Shown here: piece by piece, positions 38,365-48,111 of the stretch
Layout: every line of letters begins with the position of its first letter
Position numbering within the stretch: the first letter of the stretch is position 1
Source: Patescibacteria group bacterium
GTDB taxonomy: Bacteria > Patescibacteriota > Minisyncoccia > Minisyncoccales > Staskawiczbacteraceae
Assembly (NCBI GenBank): GCA_018829965.1
Contig: JAHJTG010000005.1
Coordinates: 49,558 to 113,557, forward strand
Reading direction: 5' to 3'
Length of the DNA stretch: 64,000 nucleotides
The notes under the pieces: generated by a model
Database searches by the model: none
The model's input: only the letters and a program-made list of their open reading frames with translations
Told to the model about the DNA's origin: nothing
Translations under genes and position numbers: made by a program

Positions 38365-39651
38365 TTATTTCTTTATTTTCTTCTTCATTTCCTTAACTAT
38401 ATCGCTCAACTTAAAAGTTTCTTGGGTGCCATTATCCATATCCCTTAAGACAATCTCTCTATCTAGCGCTTCTTTCTGCCCAAAAATTAATACGTATTTA
38501 ATCCCTAGCTTATTTGCCATTCCAAGCTGAGACTTAAGAGAATCTTTAGATAAAACCTCCATAATTTGAATTTTAGCCCTTCTAAATTCTTCCAGTAATT
38601 TCAAGCTCTTCTTTTTCGCTAAATCTCCAAGTTGAGCTAAAAATATTTTAGCATCATCTGATTTTAAAGGTTTTAATTCTTTGGTCTTTAGTACATTAGC
38701 AATTCTTTCCACTCCTCCTGCTACTCCGCAAGCTGGCGTATCTCTGCCACCTAAGGTCTTTACCAAGTTATCATATCTTCCCCCGCCGAGCAAGGCCCCC
38801 TGTAATCTTCCCTCTGGAGTATTCTCAAAAATTTCAAATACGGTCTTTGTATAATAGTCCAAACCTCTTACTAAATAAGGGTTTAAGCTGTAAGGTATTT
38901 CCGTCTCGTCTAAAAATTCTAAAACCTTTTTAAAATGGTTGTGGCAACCTTCGCAAAGATGATTAATTATTTGCGGAGCATCAGTTTTAACTTTTTGGCA
39001 CTTTTCTTCTTTGCAATCTAGAATCCTTAAAGGATTTTGTTTTAATCTCCTCTGACAATCAGGACATAAAGAAGACCTGCGTGATTTGAAATAATTCATC
39101 AAGTTCTTTTTAAAATATGGCCTGCATTCCGAATCTCCAATACTGTTTATTTCTACCATTAAGTTTTTAAGACGGGCTTCTTTCAAAACATCATAAGACA
39201 TCTGAATAATCTGGCTATCCATTGATGGACTTTTATCACCCATGATTTCAAACCCGAATTGATGGAACTGCCTGTATCTACCTGCTTGAGGACGCTCATA
39301 ACGGAAACAAGGGCCGTAATACCATAACTTTACGGGCTGGGGCATTGTTTGCATGCCGTGTTCAATATATGCCCTAACTATAGAAGGAGTCCACTCTGGC
39401 CTTAAAACAACAGCGTCTCCTCCTTTGGTGCGGAATGTATACATTTGTTTTTCAACAATCTCAGTATCTGCTCCGGTGCCTTTATAGAAAAGCTCTGCAT
39501 CTTCAAGAATTGGCGTTTCAATCCTGCCAAAATTATAAAAATGGGCAATACCTTCTACTGCCTTAAAAACTCTTTGGAAATATTTCTGGTCAATTGGCAA
39601 AATATCGTGCATCCCGGATAGAGATTGAATTTTTGCTTTTTTTGTGGACAT
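38365..39651 (-). CDS. hisS: histidine--tRNA ligase
   Basis: LRPEWT, FRYERPQAGRYRQF, LVRGLDYY, GGGRYD. Confidence 0.96.
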   Translation of the reverse strand: MSTKKAKIQSLSGMHDILPIDQKYFQRVFKAVEGIAHFYNFGRIETPILEDAELFYKGTGADTEIVEKQMYTFRTKGGDAVVLRPEWTPSIVRAYIEHGMQTMPQPVKLWYYGPCFRYERPQAGRYRQFHQFGFEIMGDKSPSMDSQIIQMSYDVLKEARLKNLMVEINSIGDSECRPYFKKNLMNYFKSRRSSLCPDCQRRLKQNPLRILDCKEEKCQKVKTDAPQIINHLCEGCHNHFKKVLEFLDETEIPYSLNPYLVRGLDYYTKTVFEIFENTPEGRLQGALLGGGRYDNLVKTLGGRDTPACGVAGGVERIANVLKTKELKPLKSDDAKIFLAQLGDLAKKKSLKLLEEFRRAKIQIMEVLSKDSLKSQLGMANKLGIKYVLIFGQKEALDREIVLRDMDNGTQETFKLSDIVKEMKKKIKK

Positions 39652-39654
39652 ATT

Positions 39655-40203
39655 TTAATAGGCGGGGTTTGGTATCTTGCTTAATGAAGCAAGAGGGAAT
39701 ACCCTTATAAAAACTTTACCGATAATATTTTGTCTTGGTACAGCTCCCCAAGCTCGGGAATCCGAAGAATAGGGTCTGTTATCTCCCAAAACAAAATACT
39801 CATTCTCCCCTAAAACAATCTGTAAATTTCCATAGGTTGATTTTGGGTCAGAAATATATGATATTTCGTTTATGGTCTGCTTTTGACCGTTTTTATCATA
39901 AATTGCTGGCTGGCCGTCTTTAATTTCAACTGTTTCTCCCGGCAAGCCAATAATTCTTTTTATAAATTTGTGAATGGGATTTTTAGGATATTTAAAAACT
40001 ATAACATCTCCCCTTTCTGGGTTTCCGAATCTATAAGATATCTCGTCAATAATTAAATAATCTCCGGAATTAAAATTGGGAAGCATAGAGTCGCCTTTAA
40101 CAATAAACGGCTGAAATAAAAAATAGCGGATAGGAACTACTATCACTAAGGCAATAACAAATATTTTTGAAATTTCCCAAATAAAAGAAAATAATTTTTT
40201 CAT
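39655..40203 (-). CDS. lepB: signal peptidase I
   Basis: GDSMLP, FIKRIIGLPG, GDNR..S.DSR; start moved to ATG at 40203. Confidence 0.93.
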   Translation of the reverse strand: MKKLFSFIWEISKIFVIALVIVVPIRYFLFQPFIVKGDSMLPNFNSGDYLIIDEISYRFGNPERGDVIVFKYPKNPIHKFIKRIIGLPGETVEIKDGQPAIYDKNGQKQTINEISYISDPKSTYGNLQIVLGENEYFVLGDNRPYSSDSRAWGAVPRQNIIGKVFIRVFPLASLSKIPNPAY

Positions 40204-40369
40204 ATAGCAAGTATTTAAAAATTGTATCAGATTTTTTAAATTTAAACAAGCGTTTATTATTTTAAAAACAAAAAGGGTTGCATACACAACCCTTTATTAT
40301 TTTTTGTATTCCTCCAATAGGTATAGTTTAATTATATCTTTGATTTCTGGCTTTAATCTCTTTGCGGAT

Positions 40370-40675
40370 TTACGCATATGCGAATTTCAGATTAGTTTTC
40401 GACGTTAACTCTCTTCCTTTTCTACTAAAAGAAGGGGCTCTTCCTTTCTTTCCCCGCCTCTTTTTTATATGATACACTTTTTCTAAAATCGCCTGCATAT
40501 TTCTAGATGTAATGCTACCCCCAAACTCCTCTGTGAAAAACAAAGTAAAACTATTAACACTTCCCATATCGCCGGGGTGCGGTCCGTTCAAAAATATAAA
40601 TTTCCGCTGGGCATCACTAAAGTCTTTGAGAGAAGTGCCGGAAATTACTAATGTCGGTGCTATCACTGGTTCCAT
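40370..40675 (-). CDS. hypothetical protein
   Basis: ATG with AGGAG RBS and an upstream TTGACA/TAAAAT promoter. Confidence 0.5.
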   Translation of the reverse strand: MEPVIAPTLVISGTSLKDFSDAQRKFIFLNGPHPGDMGSVNSFTLFFTEEFGGSITSRNMQAILEKVYHIKKRRGKKGRAPSFSRKGRELTSKTNLKFAYA

Positions 40676-40842
40676 AAAAACTCCTTTTTCTATCTTAATT
40701 TATGGTTGTTTCGTCGCGACGCTTTTTTTAATTTTCTTAATATTTACTCCTTTCTACACATATTTGTATGGCTATAGTAAGTCAAAGAACGATTTAAATT
40801 AACTGAATTTTATTATTTTACCCTCCTGATACCTTTTGTCAA

Positions 40843-40957
40843 CCCTTCACCAATTTTTTACAACAGAAAATGAACACTAACAATGACAGCCGCAGGCGCT
40901 TCGCATATTGTACAAACTATTACAATGATTCTCTGCTGAAATTGGTGAAGGGTCAAG
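40843..40957. repeat. ~110-bp repeated element with terminal inverted repeats, copy 2
   Basis: cccttcaccaattt...aaattggtgaaggg, flanked by tcaa on both sides. Confidence 0.8.
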
Positions 40958-41531
40958 AATAGAATAAAAAAACCGAGACAGCTCATCAACTTCCAGTTTG
41001 GAAGGGAGCATCTCGGTTTAATTTTTTTACAACCCAGTTCTATTTTATATTAAAGTTTTTGTTATCCATCAACCCTTCCATATTTTGGAGTTTTTGGGTT
41101 AATTTGGTTATCCTTAACCTAATTAAATAGAATTTTTGGGCTAGGTTCGTTATTGAACCTCTTTTTGTAACTTTTTTTGGAAATAAAATTAAGTAAATCC
41201 GCTGAACTTACGCATAATTCTATACGTAATCCTCCTTTCGTTTCTTTATCACGAAGTTAATAACTAACTGTTAGAACGGCCTCCTTACCTGTACTAAGGG
41301 GGTTTTCCAGACTTGATTCCTGTTTCCATAGGAATTCTCCAAATAAAAGTTAAAGCAAAAGTTTCAAAAAACACTTTCTGCGCTTCTGTAATTGAAACGC
41401 AGTTGTAGTTAATAAACTAATACCTCGTAAAGAACTATCTTATATAGTAATCTTCTCTATAAAATTGTCAAGACAATTTTTCCACAGATTAAAAAAATGA
41501 TACAATAAGATATAAAATATTTCTTAAAATT

Positions 41532-42092
41532 ATGATAATCATTGCAGGGCTGGGAAATCCCGGCAAAAAATACGAAAACACTAGACACAATATCGGCTTT
41601 AAAATTGTTGATGAATTTAAAAAGAAAAGCAATTTCTCTGAATCTTGGCTTTCCCAAAAGAAGGCGGGGGCTTTGATCGCCTACAACGATGAATTAATTT
41701 TAGCAAAACCGCAATCCTTTATGAACCTTTCGGGTGACGTGATACACAACTTATCTAATTATTACAAAGTTAAAACGCCAGACATCATAATCATCCATGA
41801 TGATATGGATTTACCGATAGGCAAGATTAAAATTTCCATAGGCAAGGGCTCTGCCGGGCATAAAGGCGTGGAATCAATTATAAAACGCCTTAGAACCGCA
41901 GATTTCATAAGAATAAGAATCGGCATTTTACCAACTAAAGGGAAACCGAAGACTCCGGAAAAATTCGTCTTACAAAAATTTTCTAAAAAAGAAAAAGAAA
42001 TTTTAAATAAAGCCATAAAAAACGCACTTTCCGCGATAGGGTTGATTATAAAAGAGGGCGTTGAAAAAACAATGAACGAGTATAACAAATAA
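41532..42092 (+). CDS. pth: peptidyl-tRNA hydrolase
   Basis: GLGNPG, TRHNIG, FMNLSG, HDDMD, GHKG. Confidence 0.95.
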   Translation: MIIIAGLGNPGKKYENTRHNIGFKIVDEFKKKSNFSESWLSQKKAGALIAYNDELILAKPQSFMNLSGDVIHNLSNYYKVKTPDIIIIHDDMDLPIGKIKISIGKGSAGHKGVESIIKRLRTADFIRIRIGILPTKGKPKTPEKFVLQKFSKKEKEILNKAIKNALSAIGLIIKEGVEKTMNEYNK

Positions 42093-42109
42093 CAAATGGA
42101 AGAAATTAA

Positions 42110-42240
42110 CCCCGTTAGAAGTCTGTTTTAACCTTTTATATTTTTTATTTTAATAAACATGGAATTAGAGTATGATCAATTTCAAGAAGCACAAAAAAAT
42201 TTTGAAAACAAAAATTTTTTGTCAAAAACTTCTAACGGGG
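42110..42240. mobile_element. ~130-bp MITE-like element in the 5' end of dprA
   Basis: ccccgttagaagt ... acttctaacgggg. Confidence 0.7.
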
Positions 42241-43121
42241 TGAAAGAAATTAAAATTGAGGACAATGATTATCCTGAAATTTTAAGGAAAATTGCTAAAC
42301 CGCCAAAAATTCTTTATTATCGAGGAAAATTTGAAAAAGATGAACTATGCTTCGGGGTTGTTGGCACAAGAAAATGTTCTCTTTACGGCAAACAGGTTGC
42401 TTTGGATATTGTTGGTAAATTAGCTGATTTAGGGATTACTATTGTAAGCGGTTTGGCTCCTGGAATTGACACCTTTGCTCATCAAGCCTGTGTTGAAAAA
42501 AATAAAAGAACTATTGCTATTTTGGGAACTGGGTTAGACGAGAAAAGTATTTATCCTCAATCAAACATTGCTTTATCACGAAAAATATTAGAGACTGGCG
42601 GATGTTTAATATCAGAACTCCCTCCGGGAACTTCTGGCTCAAAATTTACCTTTCCAAATAGAAATAGAATTATTTCAGGCCTGTCTCAAGGAGTTTTAGT
42701 TATAGAAGCAAAAATCAAATCAGGGTCTCTAATTACTGCTAATTATGCCTTTAAACAAAATAGGAAAGTTTTTGCAATACCAGGACCGATTTATTCTTCT
42801 AACTCAACTGGCACTAATAGATTAATTAAGCAGGGAGCTAAATTAGTTGACAATGTCAGTGATATTTTGCAAGAATTAAATTCGCCCGTATTGCTACAGA
42901 CAGGTTTACCTCTTGAAAAACATAAACAAAACTATAACGGAAATTTGACTCCGGAGGAAAAATTAATTATAAAGGCCCTTACCGAAGAATCTTTACATAT
43001 TGATAAAATAATAGAAAAAACAAAGTTAATCGCTACTACTGTAGCTAGTACCCTTGCGGTTTTGGAAATAGAAGGAATTATCCAAAATTTAGGAGGAAAT
43101 GTATACGCGCTCACGCGATAG
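42159..43121 (+). CDS. dprA: DNA-processing protein DprA
   Basis: VVGTRK, VSGLAPGID, FPNRNRIISG, SGSLITA; 5' end altered by a repeat insertion. Confidence 0.93.
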   Translation: MELEYDQFQEAQKNFENKNFLSKTSNGVKEIKIEDNDYPEILRKIAKPPKILYYRGKFEKDELCFGVVGTRKCSLYGKQVALDIVGKLADLGITIVSGLAPGIDTFAHQACVEKNKRTIAILGTGLDEKSIYPQSNIALSRKILETGGCLISELPPGTSGSKFTFPNRNRIISGLSQGVLVIEAKIKSGSLITANYAFKQNRKVFAIPGPIYSSNSTGTNRLIKQGAKLVDNVSDILQELNSPVLLQTGLPLEKHKQNYNGNLTPEEKLIIKALTEESLHIDKIIEKTKLIATTVASTLAVLEIEGIIQNLGGNVYALTR

Positions 43122-43124
43122 CCT

Positions 43125-43315
43125 TACGAATTACGAATTAAACCGAATTACGAATATACCGAAACCGATTTACGAATATACTAATCTGCGGTTTCGGATA
43201 CGAATAAATCTATTCGTAGCCGATTGCCCAAATTCGTAAATTCGTATCTGGTAATCGGTAAATTCGTACAACACTTTCTGTATATTCGTAATTCGAAAAT
43301 ATTCGTAATTCGTAT
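43125..43315. repeat. TACGAAT-type short tandem repeats followed by reverse-complement ATTCGTA copies
   Basis: ttacgaattacgaatt... then ...attcgtaaattcgta... Confidence 0.65.
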
Positions 43316-43322
43316 GATACTT

Positions 43323-45374
43323 ATGAATTTAATTATCGTTGAGAGTCCGGTGAAGGCAAAGACGATTGGGAGGTTTTTAGGGAGTAAATATAAAGTACTC
43401 TCTTCTTTTGGTCACGTAAGAGATCTTCCTAAAAGAAAACTAGGAGTTGATGTTGAAAACGATTTTAAGCCAGAGTATATTGTCCCTGTAAAAGCGAAAA
43501 AAACCGTTTCCGCTTTAAAAAAAGCTATTAAAAAAGACACAAAGACTATACTGGCAACGGACGAGGACCGAGAAGGAGAAGCAATCGCCTGGCATTTGAA
43601 AGAAGTTTTGGGGTTAGAAAATCCGGAAAGAATTGTTTTTCACGAAATAACAAAGTCTGCAATTGAAGAAGCTTTAAAAAATCCGAGAATAATTGATATG
43701 AATTTAGTTGATGCTCAACAAGCAAGAAGAATTTTGGACAGAATTGTAGGATATAAACTTTCTCCTTTCTTATGGAAGAAAATCACTAAAGGCCTATCTG
43801 CTGGCAGAGTGCAATCAGTTGCTGTACGATTGGTTGTTGAAAAAGAAAAAGAAATTGAAAAGTTTATCGTACAAGAATATTGGACTATTGAAGCATTGCT
43901 AAAAAAATACGGAAAAGAATTCAACGCTGTATTAATCAAAAAAGACAACGAACCAATAGAAAAACTGGATATTAACTCAAAAGCTGACGCAGAGAAAATC
44001 GTTAAAGATTTAGAGAATGCTGAATATAAGGTAATTGATGTTGAGAAAAAAGAAGTTAAGAAAAACCCCCTTCCTCCATTTACCACCAGCACCCTACAAC
44101 AAGAAGCTTGGAAACGGCTCCATTATCCAGCAAGATTTACTATGAGGATAGCTCAAGAACTTTACGAGAAAGGAAATATCACTTATCACAGAACCGATTC
44201 TGTAAAGCTTTCACAGATTTCTTTAACAGAAGCTAAAAGCTTTATTGAAGAAAAATATGGTAAAAATTATTGGGCGGGATATTTCAGACAATATGTATCA
44301 AAAGGAAAAACACAGGAAGCCCACGAAGCAATAAGACCAACTTTTGCCAAAAATACTCCAGAGAAATTAGGGTTAGAAGAAAGACATTTTAAACTTTACA
44401 ATTTAATTTGGCAAAGATTTGTTTCTTGCCAAATGGCCACTGCTATTTTTGACGCGACTAACATAGACATTGATGCAAATAATTATACATTCCACGCCAC
44501 AGGACAAACTTTAAAGTTTGATGGGTTTCTAAAAGTATATCCTATGAAATTTGAAGAAAACGAATTGCCACCCTTAAAAAAAGAAGATATTTTAGAGCTT
44601 ATAAAACTTGCTCCCCTACAACACTTTACAGAACCGCCGGCAAGATATAATGAAGCCAGTTTGATTAAGGCGCTGGAAAAGCATGGCATTGGCCGTCCAT
44701 CTACCTATGCCCCAACACTGGCTACAATCCAAGACAGAAATTATGTTGAAAAAAACGAGCAAAAAAGATTTAAACCAACTGAAGTTGGAACAATAGTTAA
44801 TAATCTTTTAGTAGAACACTTTCCTCAAATTATTGATATTGAATTCACTGCAAAATTAGAAAAAGAACTAGATCAAGTAGCTGATGGCAAAGACACGTTA
44901 ATTAAAACCTGCCGTGACTTCTATGTTCCTTTTGCAAAAAATCTTAAAGAAAAATACGAAGAAGTTTTAAAGTCAGATATAACGGATAAGCCGACTGGAA
45001 AGAAGTGTCCGAAATGCGGAACCCCCTTAGTTGAACGCCTCGGCAGATTCGGAAGATTTTATGCCTGCCCTAAATTTCCTAAATGTAAATATGCCGAATC
45101 CCTAGAAAAAGATAATTTAAATATAAAATGTCCCAAGTGTAATAAAGGGAAAATTACAGCTAAAAGAACTAAAAAGGGAAAGATATTTTACGGCTGCAAT
45201 AACTTTCCAGAGTGCGATTTTGCCCTATGGGACAAACCTATTCTTAATGATAAAAATGAACCGGAAAAATGCCCCGAATGCGGTTCTTTATTGGTCCAAA
45301 AAGGCAAAACCATAAAGTGCTCTAATAAGGAGTGCTTGTATAAAACAAAAGGGGGAGAAGATACTCCCTCCTAA
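43323..45374 (+). CDS. topA: DNA topoisomerase I
   Basis: IVESPVK, DEDREGE, SAGRVQ, ITYHRTD, C-terminal zinc ribbons; start moved to ATG at 43323. Confidence 0.96.
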   Translation: MNLIIVESPVKAKTIGRFLGSKYKVLSSFGHVRDLPKRKLGVDVENDFKPEYIVPVKAKKTVSALKKAIKKDTKTILATDEDREGEAIAWHLKEVLGLENPERIVFHEITKSAIEEALKNPRIIDMNLVDAQQARRILDRIVGYKLSPFLWKKITKGLSAGRVQSVAVRLVVEKEKEIEKFIVQEYWTIEALLKKYGKEFNAVLIKKDNEPIEKLDINSKADAEKIVKDLENAEYKVIDVEKKEVKKNPLPPFTTSTLQQEAWKRLHYPARFTMRIAQELYEKGNITYHRTDSVKLSQISLTEAKSFIEEKYGKNYWAGYFRQYVSKGKTQEAHEAIRPTFAKNTPEKLGLEERHFKLYNLIWQRFVSCQMATAIFDATNIDIDANNYTFHATGQTLKFDGFLKVYPMKFEENELPPLKKEDILELIKLAPLQHFTEPPARYNEASLIKALEKHGIGRPSTYAPTLATIQDRNYVEKNEQKRFKPTEVGTIVNNLLVEHFPQIIDIEFTAKLEKELDQVADGKDTLIKTCRDFYVPFAKNLKEKYEEVLKSDITDKPTGKKCPKCGTPLVERLGRFGRFYACPKFPKCKYAESLEKDNLNIKCPKCNKGKITAKRTKKGKIFYGCNNFPECDFALWDKPILNDKNEPEKCPECGSLLVQKGKTIKCSNKECLYKTKGGEDTPS

Positions 45375-45379
45375 AGTTA

Positions 45380-47113
45380 ATGCCAAAAGATATAACAAAT
45401 TTTGTTAAAAATTTTGGAAATCCTGAATTAATCCAGGAGGCTTTTGAATTTGCCGAAAACGCTTATAAAGACAGAAAAATGGTATCTGGGGAAGATTATA
45501 TTAATCACGCCATAAGAGTTGCATCAATTTTAAATGAAATAGGACTTGATATAAAAACAGTGATTGCCGGCCTACTCCATGATGTTTTTGAAGATATCCT
45601 CCCTTCTACTCAAAAAATCCAATTAAATGAAATCGAAAGAAAATTTGGCAAAGAAGTGGCTTTTTTGATAGAAAAAACTTCGGAGCTAAACAAGATACGC
45701 TATCCCTTAATAATCAATCCGAAAGAAAGAAACAGGCTTAGCAGAGAAAAACTAGAAAGCTTACAGAATATGTTTCTTGCCATTTCCGGCGATATCCGCG
45801 TAATTTTAATAAAACTTGCTTCCCGCTTGGATAATTTGGACCATTTTAGAAAAATGCCGTTAGAACAACAAAAAATATATGCCTTGGAAACCTTAAGAAT
45901 TTTTGCACCTATCGCTGATAAGCTTGGGGTATGGGGAATAAAATATAAATTGGAAGATTTAGCGTTTTTTTACCTCTTTCCAGAAAAACTAGACTGGCTT
46001 CATTCCCAAATTAAAGAGAAATATAAGGAAAGAAAAAACTACTTAAAGATATTTACTAAGCATATTAAGAAATTATTAAAAAGGAATGAAATAAATGCCA
46101 TTAGTATAGATTTCAGACCGAAAGCTTACTGGAGCACCTACCAAAAATTATTAAAATATAACAATGATGTTGAAAGAATCCACGACCTTTTAGCTTTAAG
46201 GATAATCGTAAGCACGGTTGAAGGCTGCTATAAAACACTAGGTATTATCCATAAGCAATGGAAGCCTCTTTACGAAGAAATAGACGATTATATAGCAAAG
46301 CCGAAGCTAACCGGATATCGTTCTTTACATACCACTGTTTTTTCTGAAGACGGCCATATCACCGAAATACAAATAAGAACACCGGAAATGCACAAAGAGG
46401 CAGAATATGGTCATTATGCGCACTATGCCTATAAAAAAGGAATTGATTTATCAAAAGATAAAGAAAGTCTAAAAATAATTCAAAAAATTCCCGAGGTTTG
46501 GAAGAATTTTAAAATTGATTTTTATGAAAACAAAATTTTTGTTTTTACGCCTAAAGGAGATGTAATTTCTTTAATTAAAGGTTCGACACCAATTGATTTT
46601 GCTTATGCTGTGCATAGTGAAATAGGAAATCATTGTGAGTCGGCAAAAATAAATAGCAAACTTGTATCTCTCTTTAAAACCTTAAAAAACGGCGATATTA
46701 TTGAGATTATTGTAAGTAAAAAGAGGGGGCCATCAATGGATTGGTTGAAGTTTGTAAAAACTAATCTAGCTATATCCCAAATTAAAAAAGAACTAGCAAA
46801 AAAGGGTTTTATCACTAAAATAACTAGTCTAAGTAAAATTCCTCGTTTATTAAGGAGAAAAGTCTTTGAAATTTCAGAAAGAATCAGCAAAAAAGGAAAG
46901 CCGAAAAAGAAGAGAACGCAAGAGATTTATCTTGCTGGCCAAAAAGGCATTTCAACAACTTTGGCAAAATGTTGTAATCCTAAATCAGGCGATAAAGTCC
47001 AAGCATATCTTTCAAGATATAGAGCAGCTGTCTTACATAAAGTTTCTTGTAAAGACTTCCAAAAGTTAGCAAAAAAATTCCCAGATAAAGTTATTGATGC
47101 GGAGTGGAAATAA
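45380..47113 (+). CDS. RelA/SpoT family protein (HD, synthetase, TGS)
   Basis: LLHDVFED, DLLALR, DYIAKPK, GYRSLHT, EIQIRT, TPIDFAYAVH. Confidence 0.9.
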   Translation: MPKDITNFVKNFGNPELIQEAFEFAENAYKDRKMVSGEDYINHAIRVASILNEIGLDIKTVIAGLLHDVFEDILPSTQKIQLNEIERKFGKEVAFLIEKTSELNKIRYPLIINPKERNRLSREKLESLQNMFLAISGDIRVILIKLASRLDNLDHFRKMPLEQQKIYALETLRIFAPIADKLGVWGIKYKLEDLAFFYLFPEKLDWLHSQIKEKYKERKNYLKIFTKHIKKLLKRNEINAISIDFRPKAYWSTYQKLLKYNNDVERIHDLLALRIIVSTVEGCYKTLGIIHKQWKPLYEEIDDYIAKPKLTGYRSLHTTVFSEDGHITEIQIRTPEMHKEAEYGHYAHYAYKKGIDLSKDKESLKIIQKIPEVWKNFKIDFYENKIFVFTPKGDVISLIKGSTPIDFAYAVHSEIGNHCESAKINSKLVSLFKTLKNGDIIEIIVSKKRGPSMDWLKFVKTNLAISQIKKELAKKGFITKITSLSKIPRLLRRKVFEISERISKKGKPKKKRTQEIYLAGQKGISTTLAKCCNPKSGDKVQAYLSRYRAAVLHKVSCKDFQKLAKKFPDKVIDAEWK

Positions 47114-47233
47114 CCCCAGTAGTAGAAATTTGACAGCCACCGAACATAAAAAATCGGCGTTGTGGCGAAGTCAAATTTCACTACGGGGCAAGATTGAAAA
47201 TTGTCTTAAACCTGCTAATATAATAAGAGTCGA

Positions 47234-47320
47234 GCCGGGGTGATGAAACTGGAAAACATGCGGCACTCAAAATGCCGTGGGCGTAAGCCCTTGAGGGTTC
47301 AACTCCCTCCCTCGGCACCA
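47234..47320 (+). tRNA. tRNA-Leu(CAA)
   Basis: Anticodon arm CGGCA-CTCAAAA-TGCCG, long variable arm, GGTTCAACTCC, encoded CCA. Confidence 0.95.
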
Positions 47321-47437
47321 CGTAAAAAATTTCGAAAGAAATTTTAACGTGGTAGGCACGTTAATTTTCGAATAAAATTTTACGTGCCACCACAACAATA
47401 AAAAACACTGAGGCGAGTGTTTTTTATTTAGAATATT

Positions 47438-47974
47438 TTAAATTATTCTTTTAAGAGACTTATTTATCACCCAACTGGTAAATATGCCGATTAATGCTCC
47501 GGATAAAATATCCAACGGCCAATGGAGGCCGACGAAAACCCTGCCCAAACAAATCATAAAACTTATTACATAAAATAAAATCCCGATTTTTTTGTTATAG
47601 AAAAAGATAAAAGTAGATAAAGCAAAATAGAAAGTTGCATGGCCAGACGGAAAAGACAATTCATTGCTCTTATTTACCAATAGATTAGTCATCGGATCTA
47701 CGGCAAATGGCCTTAATCTTGGAAAAATCCAGCGGATTATATCAACAATGACAAGCTTCGCTACTAATGCCGAAGCAACTGCTCCTAAAAAAACTTTGAT
47801 TCTATCTTTAAACTTTAATATCAAGAACAAGATTAGAATAGCCCATAATACATACTCTAGATATTTAGCGCAAAAAATACCGAATATATCCAACCCAACC
47901 CAACGAAATCCAAATTGGTTTATTTGATGGAATAAGAATTTATCTATATTTTGAATGGTTTCTATGATCATCAT
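47438..47974 (-). CDS. PAP2-family phosphatase (undecaprenyl-diphosphatase-like)
   Basis: RLRPF, SFPSGH, GRVFVGLHWPLD. Confidence 0.88.
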   Translation of the reverse strand: MMIIETIQNIDKFLFHQINQFGFRWVGLDIFGIFCAKYLEYVLWAILILFLILKFKDRIKVFLGAVASALVAKLVIVDIIRWIFPRLRPFAVDPMTNLLVNKSNELSFPSGHATFYFALSTFIFFYNKKIGILFYVISFMICLGRVFVGLHWPLDILSGALIGIFTSWVINKSLKRII

Positions 47975-47982
47975 TTTGGCAA

Positions 47983-48111
47983 CCCCGTTAGAAGTCTGGA
48001 TAATTTGGCGAAACTTTTTAGCGGGTTAAAATTACAAATAATAAAAAACATTGAAATGAGAATGCAAAAATATTTTCAAAAAAATATTTTTACTCAAGAC
48101 TTCTAGCGGGG
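47983..48111. mobile_element. ~130-bp MITE-like element supplying the glyA stop codon
   Basis: ccccgttagaagtct ... agacttctagcgggg. Confidence 0.7.

Noticed and set aside
47234-47400. tRNA-Leu as an integration site for a prophage or island
   Set aside because: No integrase and no duplicated tRNA 3' end in the window; only short palindromes follow.
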